Assembly: GCA_041690395.1 (NCBI GenBank)
Contig: JAWLHJ010000005.1
Span: 256,001 to 320,000, forward strand
DNA: 64,000 bases
Direction: 5' to 3'
Source: Longimicrobiales bacterium
Lineage (GTDB): Bacteria; Gemmatimonadota; Gemmatimonadetes; Longimicrobiales; Gaopeijiaceae
The notes beneath the pieces are model-generated. The model had not been told where the DNA came from and did no database searches. It worked only from the letters and a program-made list of their open reading frames with translations. Each line of letters opens with the position of its first letter. Position 1 is the first letter of the stretch. Below are positions 23,701-31,939 of the stretch, piece by piece. The translations under genes and the position numbers were made by a program.

Positions 23701-23979
23701 CGGCAGGATCCGTCGTCGTCGCGGGCGCTCGGCTGGGATACGCCGGAAGGACGCTCGTCGGCCGGGGATTACTTCACCGCGTCGGCGTTCGGACACACCG
23801 GCTACACCGGGACGTCCCTCTGGATCGACCCGGAGCTCGACCTGTGGGTCGTGCTGCTCACGAACCGCGTGCACCCGACCCGCGGGAACCAGCGCCATGT
23901 ACCACTCCGCCGTGAGCTTCACGACGCCGTCGCCCGCTCCATCACCGATCGGGTGGTCGAGCCGCGGGGTGGACGGTAG
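20779..23979 (+). CDS. GH3 NagZ-type glycosidase fused to beta-lactamase-family serine hydrolase (AmiE-like), lipoprotein
   Basis: KHFPGHGDTSVDSH in the N-terminal half; FDLASVSK (SxxK), LLTHRAG, YSD, VHDENA, GHAGLF, FGHTGYTG in the C-terminal half; lipobox ASAC. Confidence 0.9.
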   Translation: MTAELRRLGSLVTLLVASACGGTGPPSSGSPSPGQAAGVPFAPPPPLRPAGDLDAEASAWVERTLEGLTLERLAAQLVIEWIPGGYAAPSSPDFEPLRSWVGDQGIGGVSPSIGTPHAYAAKLNALQEIADVPLLVASDFENGGPGMRLSGTYALPSLLPQGGGTAFPPTMAFGAVGDESFAFEYGRITAREARAAGVHLLFAPVLDVNSNPDNPVISTRSFGADPHAVARLGAAFIQGAREGGALTTAKHFPGHGDTSVDSHLGLPVIAADRARLDSVELVPFVRAIEEDVDGVMTAHVQLPGILGPGSEPATLAEPLLTGLLREGLGFDGLVLTDALTMRAITDMYGIEEASIRSVEAGADIILAPRAVPEVVAAVVAAVREGRLERARLEASARRVLELKARLGLHRSRTVSLDRVDEVVGIGAHLAFADSVATRSMTLVRDDLGLLPLEAGGSGATGGPIATNAPGVGGGPGAGGGPLAPLVHVRYAPSTWLWAGAAFSPGLRERAPGVVQIALDERSDSAAYAAAAGVLTDAGDGATVLVTAYVPPSAGSGREALPEAFRALLADHADPARTMLVSLGNPYIVSALPDVGTYLVGWGDREVSQRAALAALFGEEAIGGRLPIPLPPAYPIGHGLYRDKVADRVAVRVVDDPLVAAGIAAGGRTGAAGVLTREADPAAVGMDPAVQTRVDAIVHAALADSAASGAAVAVGRHGRLVLLRGYGELAWGSGRPVTATSIFDLASVSKVVGTTTAAMLLVQEGRLDLDERVVSYLPDWAGSDPRKETVTVRQLLTHRAGLVPFRRWFFELEGEDAYRAAVAAEPLETAPGEATVYSDLGPMTLAWIVEEITGQELDAFLRERVWSPLGMNDTMYRPDADLLPRIAATEMDTVWRGELVWGRVHDENADAAGGVAGHAGLFGTALDLSVFARMMLNGGVAPACSPGAVVGEPCPVARPAPVALLDPEIVATFTARQDPSSSRALGWDTPEGRSSAGDYFTASAFGHTGYTGTSLWIDPELDLWVVLLTNRVHPTRGNQRHVPLRRELHDAVARSITDRVVEPRGGR

Positions 23980-23982
23980 GCC

Positions 23983-25413
23983 GTGATCGGCTTCACCGCG
24001 CTCGACGTCGGCGTCCTCGTCGCGTACCTGGCCGGCGTCACCGTCTGGGGCGCCTGGCTCGGGCGCGGACAGACGGGCGGTCGCGACTACTTCCTCGGGA
24101 GCCGGTCTCTCCCCTGGTTCGCGGTCATGCTCTCGGTCGTGGCCACGGAGACCAGCACGCTCACCTTCCTGAGCATCCCCGGAGTGTCGTATACCGGAAG
24201 TCTCGTCTTCCTGCAGCTCACCCTGGGATATCTGTTGGGTCGCCTCGTCGTCGCGGCCGTGCTCCTTCCGGCCTACTACCGGGGAGAGCTCGTCACGGCC
24301 TACGCGCTCCTCGAGACGCGCTTCGGCGTAGGGGCTCGCCGGTTCACATCGGCGATCTTCATGGTGACACGGCTCCTGGCGGATTCCGTCCGCCTGTTCG
24401 CCACGGCGATCCCTTTGGCGCTCATCACCGGGTGGCCGTATCCGGTGTCCATCGCCGTGATCGGCGTCCTCACCGTGGTCTATACCTACTTCGGCGGCAT
24501 CAAGGCGGTCGTCTGGGTCGACGCGGTCCAGATGGGGCTGTACCTGCTCGGCGCGGCGGTCACGCTCTTCGCCGTGCAGCTCCTCGTGCCCGGAGGTTGG
24601 GGCGACGTGTGGGCCAGCGCGTCCGCGGCCGGGAAGCTGCAGGTGGTCGACTTCACCTGGAATCTGAGCACGACGTACACCATCTGGGCGGGTGTGCTGG
24701 GCGGGGGCTTCCTGACCATGGCCTCGCACGGCACCGACCAGCTCATCGTCCAGCGCCTGCTCACCTGCCGCGACCGCGCCTCCGCCCAGAAGGCGCTGGT
24801 CGGGAGCGGCTTCGTGGTCGTCCTGCAGTTTCTGCTGTTCCTTCTGGTCGGCCTGGGCCTCTGGGGCTACTACGGCGGGCGTGACTTCGCGCTCCCGGAC
24901 GAGATCTTCGCCCGCTTCATCGTGGAGGCGCTGCCCCCCGGCCTCACGGGCCTCCTCATCGCCGGCGTCTTCGCTGCGGCCATGAGCTCGCTGTCGTCGT
25001 CCATCAACTCTCTCGCGTCGGCCACCGCGTACGACTACTGGGCCCCCATCGTGGGTGCGTCGGACGACGAGGCGCGGATCTTCCGGGCCGGGCGTGTCTT
25101 CACGCTCGTATGGGCGGCCCTGCTGATCGGCGGCGCGATCCTGTTCATCCCGCTCTCGCAGGGCACGTCGGCCGTCGAGGTCGCCCTGGGGATCGCGTCG
25201 CTGGTCTACGGAGGACTCCTGGGCGTCTTCGCGCTCGGGGTCCTGACCGATCGACCGGGCCAGGGCGCGGCCATCGTCGGCATCGCCGTCGGCATCGGAA
25301 CGGTGACCCTGCTGCGGGCGGAGATGGCGTGGCCCTGGTACGTGCCGTTCGGCAGCCTCGTCACGTTCTCCGTCGGATGGCTGGCGGGATGGGTCTTCCC
25401 GAGGAAGGCCTGA
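23983..25413 (+). CDS. Sodium:solute symporter, probable amino-sugar uptake
   Basis: DYFLG.R, SVVATETS..TFLSIPG, GG.KAVVW.D.VQ, GTDQ..VQR.L, AAAMSS.SS..NS; many TM helices. Confidence 0.92.
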   Translation: MIGFTALDVGVLVAYLAGVTVWGAWLGRGQTGGRDYFLGSRSLPWFAVMLSVVATETSTLTFLSIPGVSYTGSLVFLQLTLGYLLGRLVVAAVLLPAYYRGELVTAYALLETRFGVGARRFTSAIFMVTRLLADSVRLFATAIPLALITGWPYPVSIAVIGVLTVVYTYFGGIKAVVWVDAVQMGLYLLGAAVTLFAVQLLVPGGWGDVWASASAAGKLQVVDFTWNLSTTYTIWAGVLGGGFLTMASHGTDQLIVQRLLTCRDRASAQKALVGSGFVVVLQFLLFLLVGLGLWGYYGGRDFALPDEIFARFIVEALPPGLTGLLIAGVFAAAMSSLSSSINSLASATAYDYWAPIVGASDDEARIFRAGRVFTLVWAALLIGGAILFIPLSQGTSAVEVALGIASLVYGGLLGVFALGVLTDRPGQGAAIVGIAVGIGTVTLLRAEMAWPWYVPFGSLVTFSVGWLAGWVFPRKA

Positions 25414-25414
25414 C

Positions 25415-26332
25415 CTGAGCGGCCACCATGTGGGCGTCGACGCCGGCGGAACCCGGGCGGTCGCCGTCGTGGTCGACGAGGGCGGCCGGGAGCTCGGGCG
25501 GGGCCGGGCGGCGGGAGCCGTGGCTACGGTCACGTCGGTCACGCCCGCCGTGGACGCCGTCGCGGCCGCGGTCCGGGAGGCGCTCGCGGAGGCTGGCGTC
25601 GAGGCTCCGGTGGGGCACCTCTGGGCCGGTCTGGCGGGCGCGGGCCGCGAGCTCGTGCGCGCGGGCGCCGAGGCGGATCTGGCCGCGCTCGGCCTCGCCG
25701 AGCGGGTTCGCGTCGGGACGGACGTCGAGGCCGCGTTCGAGAGCGCCTTCGGGGAGGGACCCGGAATCCTGTTGATTGCCGGTACCGGATCGATCGCCCT
25801 CTGCCGGTCGGCCTCGGGCGAGACCTTCCGCACGGGTGGCTGGGGCGCCCGCCTGGGCGACGAGGGGGGCGGCTACTGGATCGGCATGCACGCCCTGGGT
25901 GCCGTCGCGCGCGCCGAGGACGGCCGGGCCCAGGACACGGCGTTGCGCGACGCGCTGACCCGCCGGCTCGGGCTGACCGACCGGGCCGAGTTGATCGACT
26001 GGGTCGACCGGGCCACCAAGGCCGAGGTCGCCGGGCTCGCCCCGACCGTGCTCGAGGCCGCCGCCGCGGGAGACCCCGTCGCCGCCTCGATCGCGACGGA
26101 TGCGGCGGCCGCCCTGAGGACGCACGTGGTCGCGCTCCTGGAGCGTCTGGAGCGAGCCGGCGTGGAGCCGGACGCGATGAGGTTGGCGCTCTGGGGCGGG
26201 CTGATCGAAACGGGCGGGCCCCTGCGCCCCACGCTCGACCGACTCCTCGCACCGCTGGGACTCACCGTCCACGCGGCCCCGGTCGACCCTCCGCTCGGCG
26301 CGGCCCGGCTCGCGATGCGGTTGACCGGCTGA
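25415..26332 (+). CDS. BadF/BcrAD-type sugar kinase, MurNAc/GlcNAc kinase (MurK-like); start CTG 25415 or GTG 25430
   Basis: GVDAGGT, GLAGAG, IAGTGS, GGWG..LGDEGGGYWIG; follows the amino-sugar genes. Confidence 0.85.
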   Translation: MSGHHVGVDAGGTRAVAVVVDEGGRELGRGRAAGAVATVTSVTPAVDAVAAAVREALAEAGVEAPVGHLWAGLAGAGRELVRAGAEADLAALGLAERVRVGTDVEAAFESAFGEGPGILLIAGTGSIALCRSASGETFRTGGWGARLGDEGGGYWIGMHALGAVARAEDGRAQDTALRDALTRRLGLTDRAELIDWVDRATKAEVAGLAPTVLEAAAAGDPVAASIATDAAAALRTHVVALLERLERAGVEPDAMRLALWGGLIETGGPLRPTLDRLLAPLGLTVHAAPVDPPLGAARLAMRLTG

Positions 26333-26444
26333 GTGGTCGTTCCATGCGGCACTCTCGGAGAGAGTGTGGCGTCATTCTGACAGATTCGCCCCGCGCGGGC
26401 CGCCGCAGATCATCCATTTTGACAGCTTCCGGGGGCTCTCCGCG

Positions 26445-26461
26445 CTGGCATGCCCGTTGCA
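26445..26461 (+). promoter_or_regulatory. Sigma-54 (-24/-12) promoter upstream of hsp20
   Basis: CTGGCATGCCCGTTGCA versus consensus YTGGCACGrNNNTTGCW, with exact GG-N10-GC spacing. Confidence 0.7.
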
Positions 26462-26557
26462 CTCCTACAGGATGAAATCGAAAGACGCGCAGCCCGGCCG
26501 GCGATCCCGGTGCCGGTGGGGCGCGCGCAGTGAGACATCCAACGTGAGGAGGTCGAA

Positions 26558-27022
26558 ATGGCCCTTACCCGTTACCCGTACAAGACTTCGTCCGTCGATC
26601 CTTGGCGTGACCTCGAGAACATGTCGAGCCGCCTGGCCCGCTTCTTCGACGACAGCCCTCTGCGCACCCAGGACAATGGCGGTAGCGCGTGGCTGCCGGC
26701 CGTCAACGTGGCGGAGACGAAGGAAGGCCTCGTGCTCACGGCCGAGCTTCCGGGCATGAAGGAGGAGGACGTCTCGATCGAGATCGAGAACAACGTGCTC
26801 ACCATCAGCGGCGAGAAGGTCGAGCAGCGCACGGAGGGCGAAGACGAGCGCCGGTACCACGTGTGGGAGCGCAGCTACGGCGCGTTCCAGCGCTCGTTCA
26901 CGCTGCCCCGCACCGTCAAGGCCGACGAGATCACGGCGCGCTTCGACAACGGCGTGCTGACCGTCGATCTGCCGAAGGCGGCCGAGGCGAAGGGTCGCAG
27001 GATCGAGATCGCCAAGGGTTGA
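26558..27022 (+). CDS. Hsp20/alpha-crystallin small heat-shock protein
   Basis: W.PAVNV.E, AELPG, ERSYGAFQRSFTLP, A.FDNGVL.V.LPK; GAGGAGG RBS. Confidence 0.95.
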   Translation: MALTRYPYKTSSVDPWRDLENMSSRLARFFDDSPLRTQDNGGSAWLPAVNVAETKEGLVLTAELPGMKEEDVSIEIENNVLTISGEKVEQRTEGEDERRYHVWERSYGAFQRSFTLPRTVKADEITARFDNGVLTVDLPKAAEAKGRRIEIAKG

Positions 27023-27064
27023 TCCGATGTCGGAGCCGCGTACGGCTCCAGCGACCCACGACCC

Positions 27065-27103
27065 GCGGATCGGAGGGCTCAGCCCTCCGGTCCGCTTTTC
27101 TTT
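27065..27103 (+). terminator. Intrinsic terminator after hsp20
   Basis: gcggatcggagggc / gccctccggtccgc stem followed by ttttcttt. Confidence 0.85.
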
Positions 27104-27227
27104 GTACGGCCGCGCGAGCTTTCCCATGCTCCGGGTGGGCGGAACGGCCCGACCGCGCTTGCTGGACATACACTCCCCATCGTAGGATGAAGGGTTCCGT
27201 CGTGCCCGTCGAATTCGGAGGCCCACC

Positions 27228-27728
27228 ATGCCCGTCACTTTCACGCTCAACGGCGCGCCCGTCACGGTGGACGCGCCGCCCGAGATGCCTCTCCTCTGGG
27301 TCCTGCGCGATCTCCTGGATCTCAAGGGAACCAAGTTCGGATGCGGGATCTCCGAGTGCGGAGCCTGCACCGTGCACCTGAACGGGCGCACGACGCGGAG
27401 TTGCCAGGTCGCCGTCGACACGCTCGACGAGGGCGACACGGTCGTGACCATCGAGGGGCTCTCGCCCGAAGGTGACCATCCGCTGCAGCGCGTCTGGCGG
27501 GAGCTCGACGTTCCGCAGTGCGGGTACTGCCAGGCCGGCCAGCTCATGGCGGCCGCGGCGCTGCTCGAGCGGATCCCCAACCCGACCGACGACCAGATCG
27601 ACGGCGCCATGGACCGGAATCTCTGCCGGTGCGGCACTTACATCCGGATCCGCGAAGGCATCCACCGGGCCGCGCGCCTGATGGCCGGCACGGCGCAGCC
27701 CGAAGCCGGTGGCGAGGAGGAAGCATGA
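27228..27728 (+). CDS. iorA: (2Fe-2S) subunit, isoquinoline 1-oxidoreductase alpha-like
   Basis: PLLWVLRD, GTKFGCG...CGACTV, QCGYCQ.G, NLCRCGTY. Confidence 0.92.
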   Translation: MPVTFTLNGAPVTVDAPPEMPLLWVLRDLLDLKGTKFGCGISECGACTVHLNGRTTRSCQVAVDTLDEGDTVVTIEGLSPEGDHPLQRVWRELDVPQCGYCQAGQLMAAAALLERIPNPTDDQIDGAMDRNLCRCGTYIRIREGIHRAARLMAGTAQPEAGGEEEA

Positions 27729-29908
27729 GCATCACGACGATGAACCGGAGACACTTCCTTCGCCTGAGCGCCGTCGCGGGCGGCGGGCTGCTCGTATCGA
27801 GCTGTTTCGACTGGGTCGGCGGAGACGAGGCGCTCGCGTCGTCGTCCGACAACTTCGTGCCGAACGGGCACGTGAGGATCGACCCGGACGGACGCATCAC
27901 GATCATCTCCCAGAATCCCGAAGTGGGGCAGGGCGTGAAGGCCATGCTCCCCATGCTGATCGCCGACGAGCTCGACGTCGCCTGGGCGGACGTCACCATC
28001 GAGCAGGCCGACCTGAACACGGAGCTCTACTCGCGGCAGTTCGCGGGCGGGAGCACGGCGACCCCGACCCACTGGCTCCCGATGCGACAGGCGGGCGCGG
28101 CGGCCCGGCAGGTCCTCCTCCAGGCCGCGGCCGAGGAGTGGGGCGTCGCCGCCTCCGAGCTCACGACCGAGGAAGGCGTGGTCCACCACCGCTCGAGCGG
28201 GCGGAGCGCCACGTACGGTGAGCTCGCGAACGCGGCCACCGGCATGACGGCTCCGGATCCGGAAACCGTGCCCCTCAAGACCCCGGACCAGTTCCGGATC
28301 ATCGGCACGGACGTGGGGAACGTCGACATCGACGCCATCGTGACGGGCCGGCCGCTGTACGGGATCGACTTCACGCTGCCGGACATGCGGTACGCCGTGT
28401 TCGAGAAGTGCCCGGTGTTCGGTGGGCGCGTAAGGAGCGCAAACCTCGATGAGGTGAGGGCGCAGCCCGGAGTCGAGCAGGCGTTCGTGGTCGATGGTGG
28501 TGACGACCTGAACGGGCTCGTCGGAGGTGTGGCCATCGTCGGAGACAACTGGTGGCTCCTCAACCAGGCCCGCCTGAACGTGCTCCAGGTAGAGTGGGAC
28601 GAGGGCCCCACGGCGAGTCAGAGCAGCGAGAGCTTCGCGGCGACGGCCAGGAACCTCTTCCCGCAGGCGCCGGCCAACGATCTCCGGACCGACGGCAACG
28701 TCATGTCGGGGCTGGCCGGTGCGCCGCACCGCGTCCAGGCCGACTACGACTATCCGTTCCTCTCGCACGCGCCCCTCGAGCCGCAGAACTGCACGGCGCA
28801 CTACCGCGACGGGCACCTGGAGATCTGGGGTCCCACGCAGACGCCCGAGCGCGGACGGTCCATGGTGGCCGAAACGCTTGGAATCAGCGAGGACGACATC
28901 ACCCTCCACATCATGCGGATCGGCGGCGGGTTCGGCCGGCGCCTGAGCAACGACTACCTCATCGAGGCGTCGTGGATCGCGCGTGAGGCGGGCGTTCCCG
29001 TGAAGCTCCTGTGGACGCGCGAGGACGACATGCGTCACGACTTCTACCGGCCGGCCGGCTACCACCGGCTGGAGGGTGGGGTCGACAATTCGGGCCGCCT
29101 GGTCGCGTGGCGGAACCACTTCGTCTCGTTCGGCGAGGGCGAGCGTTTCCAGTCGAGCGCCGGGGTCAGCGAGAACGAGTTCCCGGCCGGCTTCGTGCCG
29201 AATTTCCAGCTCGGCGCGAGCCTCATTCCGTCCGGCGTCCCGACGGGCGCGCTGAGGGCTCCGGGGAGCAACGGGCTCGCTTTCGTCTATCAGTGCTTCG
29301 TCGACGAGCTCGCGCACGCGGCGGGCGTCGATCCGGTCCAGTTCCGGCTGAACATCCTCGACGCGGCCAGTCCCGAGACCACGCTCGACCCGGCGCGTAT
29401 GCGCGCCGTGCTCGAGCGGGTGGCCGAGGTGTCCGGTTGGGGCTCGACCACTCTGCCGCGGGGCACGGGCATGGGCGTGGCGTTCCACTACAGCCACCGC
29501 GGTCACTTCGCCGAGGTCGTCCAGGCGACGGTAACGCGGTCCGGCCAGCTCACGGTCGACAAGGTCTGGGTCGCCGGCGACGTCGGCCGGCACATCATCA
29601 ATCCGATCAACGCCATGAACCAGACCCAGGGCGGCGTCATCGAGGGGATCTCACACGCCCTCGGGCAGGAGATCCGGATCGTGAACGGCCGTGCCGAGCC
29701 GTCGAACTTCGACGAGTATCCGCTCCTGCGCATCGGTGGCGCTCCGGAGGTGGAGGTCCACTTCGTCGAGGCCGACCACGACCCGAGCGGGCTCGGTGAG
29801 CCCATGCTCCCGCCCGTGATCCCCGCGCTCTGCAACGCGATCTTCCAGGCGACCGGGAAGCGGATCCGGTCGCTGCCGCTGTCGAAGCACGATCTGAGCT
29901 GGGCGTGA
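27725..29908 (+). CDS. iorB: Molybdopterin-binding subunit, isoquinoline 1-oxidoreductase beta-like, Tat-exported
   Basis: Tat motif NRRHFL, EVGQG, GGS, H.P.EP.N, GGGFGRR, W.REDD, G.GEP; ATGA overlap with iorA. Confidence 0.9.
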   Translation: MSITTMNRRHFLRLSAVAGGGLLVSSCFDWVGGDEALASSSDNFVPNGHVRIDPDGRITIISQNPEVGQGVKAMLPMLIADELDVAWADVTIEQADLNTELYSRQFAGGSTATPTHWLPMRQAGAAARQVLLQAAAEEWGVAASELTTEEGVVHHRSSGRSATYGELANAATGMTAPDPETVPLKTPDQFRIIGTDVGNVDIDAIVTGRPLYGIDFTLPDMRYAVFEKCPVFGGRVRSANLDEVRAQPGVEQAFVVDGGDDLNGLVGGVAIVGDNWWLLNQARLNVLQVEWDEGPTASQSSESFAATARNLFPQAPANDLRTDGNVMSGLAGAPHRVQADYDYPFLSHAPLEPQNCTAHYRDGHLEIWGPTQTPERGRSMVAETLGISEDDITLHIMRIGGGFGRRLSNDYLIEASWIAREAGVPVKLLWTREDDMRHDFYRPAGYHRLEGGVDNSGRLVAWRNHFVSFGEGERFQSSAGVSENEFPAGFVPNFQLGASLIPSGVPTGALRAPGSNGLAFVYQCFVDELAHAAGVDPVQFRLNILDAASPETTLDPARMRAVLERVAEVSGWGSTTLPRGTGMGVAFHYSHRGHFAEVVQATVTRSGQLTVDKVWVAGDVGRHIINPINAMNQTQGGVIEGISHALGQEIRIVNGRAEPSNFDEYPLLRIGGAPEVEVHFVEADHDPSGLGEPMLPPVIPALCNAIFQATGKRIRSLPLSKHDLSWA

Positions 29909-30000
29909 CCTGACCGGTGGGCCGGCCTCGGGCTAGTCGCCCGGGGCCGGGTACCGGGCGGGTGGTGAACCGGTGTGTCGGTGGTGCGAGTGGGCCGCCA

Positions 30001-30107
30001 CGCTGGGCCCGGACGCCACGATGGGACCGGTGCGCGACGCTGGGCCCGGACGCCACGATGGGGCCGGTGCGCGACGCTGGGCCCGGACGCCACGATGGGA
30101 CCGGTGC
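30001..30107. repeat. Tandem repeat, 37-bp unit x about 2.9
   Basis: cgctgggcccggacgccacgatggg(a/g)ccggtgcgcga starting at 30001, 30038 and 30075, with no spacers. Confidence 0.9.
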
Positions 30108-30140
30108 AAACCGCACAGGCGTGCACCCGATCCGCGCCCA

Positions 30141-30240
30141 TGTGTGGATTGTCCCCGCATAGCGGGGTCAACTGCTCATGGAGCGTCCGCCGGGTCCGCC
30201 CTTGTGCGATTGTCCCCGCATAGCGAGGAAAACCCGCATA
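30141..30240. repeat. Two imperfect palindromes sharing gattgtccccgcatagcg (REP-like)
   Basis: 18-bp identity at 30147-30164 and 30208-30225; each centred on a ccccgc-ata-gcg(g/a)gg hairpin with extended imperfect arms. Confidence 0.75.
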
Positions 30241-30277
30241 CCAGCAGCGCGGACGTGCAGGATCGTGCAGTTTTCCC

Positions 30278-30324
30278 CGCCTGCACGCCTGCACGCCTGC
30301 ACGCCTGCACGCCTGCACGCCTGC
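30278..30324. repeat. 8-bp simple repeat (gcctgcac) x about 5.8
   Basis: Read directly from the sequence. Confidence 0.95.
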
Positions 30325-30354
30325 CGGCCGCCCTCGCGGGCCCGGCCAGCCATC

Positions 30355-31152
30355 TCAGCCGCCCGCGAGCACCTCGTTCAGGCCCGCCAGCAGCTCGGGT
30401 CCGCTGGCGGCCCGCACCGGCCCTTCGGCCAGGCGCGGCGTACCGCCGTCGAGCCCGGTCACGACACCCCCGGCTTCCCGGATCAGAACGACGCCCGCGG
30501 CGAAGTCCCACGGCATGAGGATCTCCTCCCAGAATGCGTCGAGCGATCCCTGCGCCAGGTAGGCGAGGTCGAGCGCGGCCGAGCCGCCCCTCCGGATGCC
30601 GGACGCGGACCGGAGCACGCGCTCGAACTGCCCGAGATAATCCGGGAGAAGCTCGAGCCGCTTGAACGGGAAGCCCGTGCCGATCAACGCGTCGATGAGC
30701 GGTCGCGGCTCGGAGACCCTTACGCGCCGACCGTTCTTGAACGCGCCCTGCCCGCGCTGGGCCCACCACCGCTCTCCGCTCGAGCCGCTCGCCACCACAC
30801 CCGCCTCGGGCTCCCCATCGACCCAGACGGCCACCGAGGCGCAGTACATCGGGTGGCCGTGCAGGAAGTTCGTGGTGCCGTCCAGCGGGTCGACGATCCA
30901 GAGCGGGCGGCCGTCCCAGCGCGCGAGTTGTCGCTCCACCGACTCGTCACTCTCCTCGGCCAGGACCGTGTGGTTCGGGTGCCGCTCGCGGATGACCGCG
31001 AGGGCGGCCTCCTGCGCGTCGAGGTCCGTACGTGACACGTAATCCGCGCGCGCCTTCTCCGTGGCCCCGGCCAGCGTGGCGCCGAAGTCCCGACGGTGGA
31101 TCGCGGTCGCCGCGTCGGCGGCTGCACGCGCTGTATCGAGTAGGCGTGACAT
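30355..31152 (-). CDS. suhB: Inositol monophosphatase family protein
   Basis: D..S..D, LAEE, WIVDPLDGTTNFLHG, GTGFPF, RRGGSAALDLAY.A.G, PWD.AAG. Confidence 0.93.
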   Translation of the reverse strand: MSRLLDTARAAADAATAIHRRDFGATLAGATEKARADYVSRTDLDAQEAALAVIRERHPNHTVLAEESDESVERQLARWDGRPLWIVDPLDGTTNFLHGHPMYCASVAVWVDGEPEAGVVASGSSGERWWAQRGQGAFKNGRRVRVSEPRPLIDALIGTGFPFKRLELLPDYLGQFERVLRSASGIRRGGSAALDLAYLAQGSLDAFWEEILMPWDFAAGVVLIREAGGVVTGLDGGTPRLAEGPVRAASGPELLAGLNEVLAGG

Positions 31153-31364
31153 CGTGGCGGCTCTCGGTGGCGAAGGAACGTTGCGAGGCGACGGGCCCCT
31201 CGATCGGGGAAAGCATGTGCACCGTATCGTGGCAGAGCGCCTACTGGCTGCCTCGATTTGCGGCCTGATGGTCGCAGCGGTCGTCGGCATCGACGCCGAA
31301 GGAGGTCGCTATTGCGTCCGTATGTCTTGTGGCGCCAACGACATGGGTGGGGCCGCATCCGCTC

Positions 31365-31381
31365 GGGGCACGCGCCTTGCC
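31365..31381 (+). promoter_or_regulatory. Candidate sigma-54 promoter upstream of small lipoprotein
   Basis: GGGGCACGCGCCTTGCC: GGCACG-N4-TTGC with correct spacing, about 45 nt before the ATG. Confidence 0.55.
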
Positions 31382-31425
31382 CATTGAGACGATCCGCGGG
31401 AAACCATCTTCAAAGGATAATAGTC

Positions 31426-31827
31426 ATGAACACCCTTCGTATGCTTGCCCTGTCGGCCGCCCTGATGACCGCGGTCGCGGCGTGTGGCGACTCCAACGTG
31501 ATCGGCCCCGACAACCAGCTCGAGGTCACGAACGCCCAGGACAACTTCCAGCTCCAGGTGAGCGCGCTGGACGAGGTCAGCCAGACCCTGGAGTACAGCT
31601 GGGAGAATACCGGCACCCAGGCGACGATCGACGTCTCGCAGGCCATCACCTCCGGGGCGGCCATGCTGACCATCACGGATGCGGACGGCACCGTGGTCTA
31701 CCAGGAAGACCTCGCGGACGACAGCGATGGTCAGACCCTCGTCGGGGTCGCCGGAGCGTGGGGCATCCGTGTCGTGCTCGACGGCGTGAACGGCACCTTC
31801 AACTTCCGTGCGCAGCGGACGACCTGA
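31426..31827 (+). CDS. Hypothetical lipoprotein (133 aa, all-beta)
   Basis: MNTLRMLALSAALMTAVAA-C lipobox; AAGGA RBS; typical codon usage. Confidence 0.8.
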   Translation: MNTLRMLALSAALMTAVAACGDSNVIGPDNQLEVTNAQDNFQLQVSALDEVSQTLEYSWENTGTQATIDVSQAITSGAAMLTITDADGTVVYQEDLADDSDGQTLVGVAGAWGIRVVLDGVNGTFNFRAQRTT

Positions 31828-31939
31828 CCGGGGCGTGCGCTCCCGAACCCGCCGCGGATTCCGGCGGGTGCCGTTCCCTTCGGCCGGCCGCTAACTTAGC
31901 GGGCCCCAACACTTGGACCAGCCGAAGGGAACGGAGCGC

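Noticed and set aside
22800..23979. Beta-lactam resistance genes (serine hydrolase domain here; MBL folds at 15073 and 60953)
   Set aside because: Context and motifs fit a muropeptide amidase/esterase and generic MBL hydrolases; nothing specific to resistance.
26349..26367. CIRCE/HrcA operator upstream of hsp20
   Set aside because: GCACTC and GAGTG are separated by 7 nt rather than 9, and the TTA/TAA ends are missing.
30001..30107. 37-bp repeats as a CRISPR array
   Set aside because: Units are head-to-tail with no unique spacers; no cas genes in the window.
30141..30240. Type I-E-like two-repeat mini-CRISPR (61-bp period)
   Set aside because: Only two copies, divergent 3' ends, a 3-nt loop, and palindromic arms extending beyond a repeat length; REP-like is the simpler reading.
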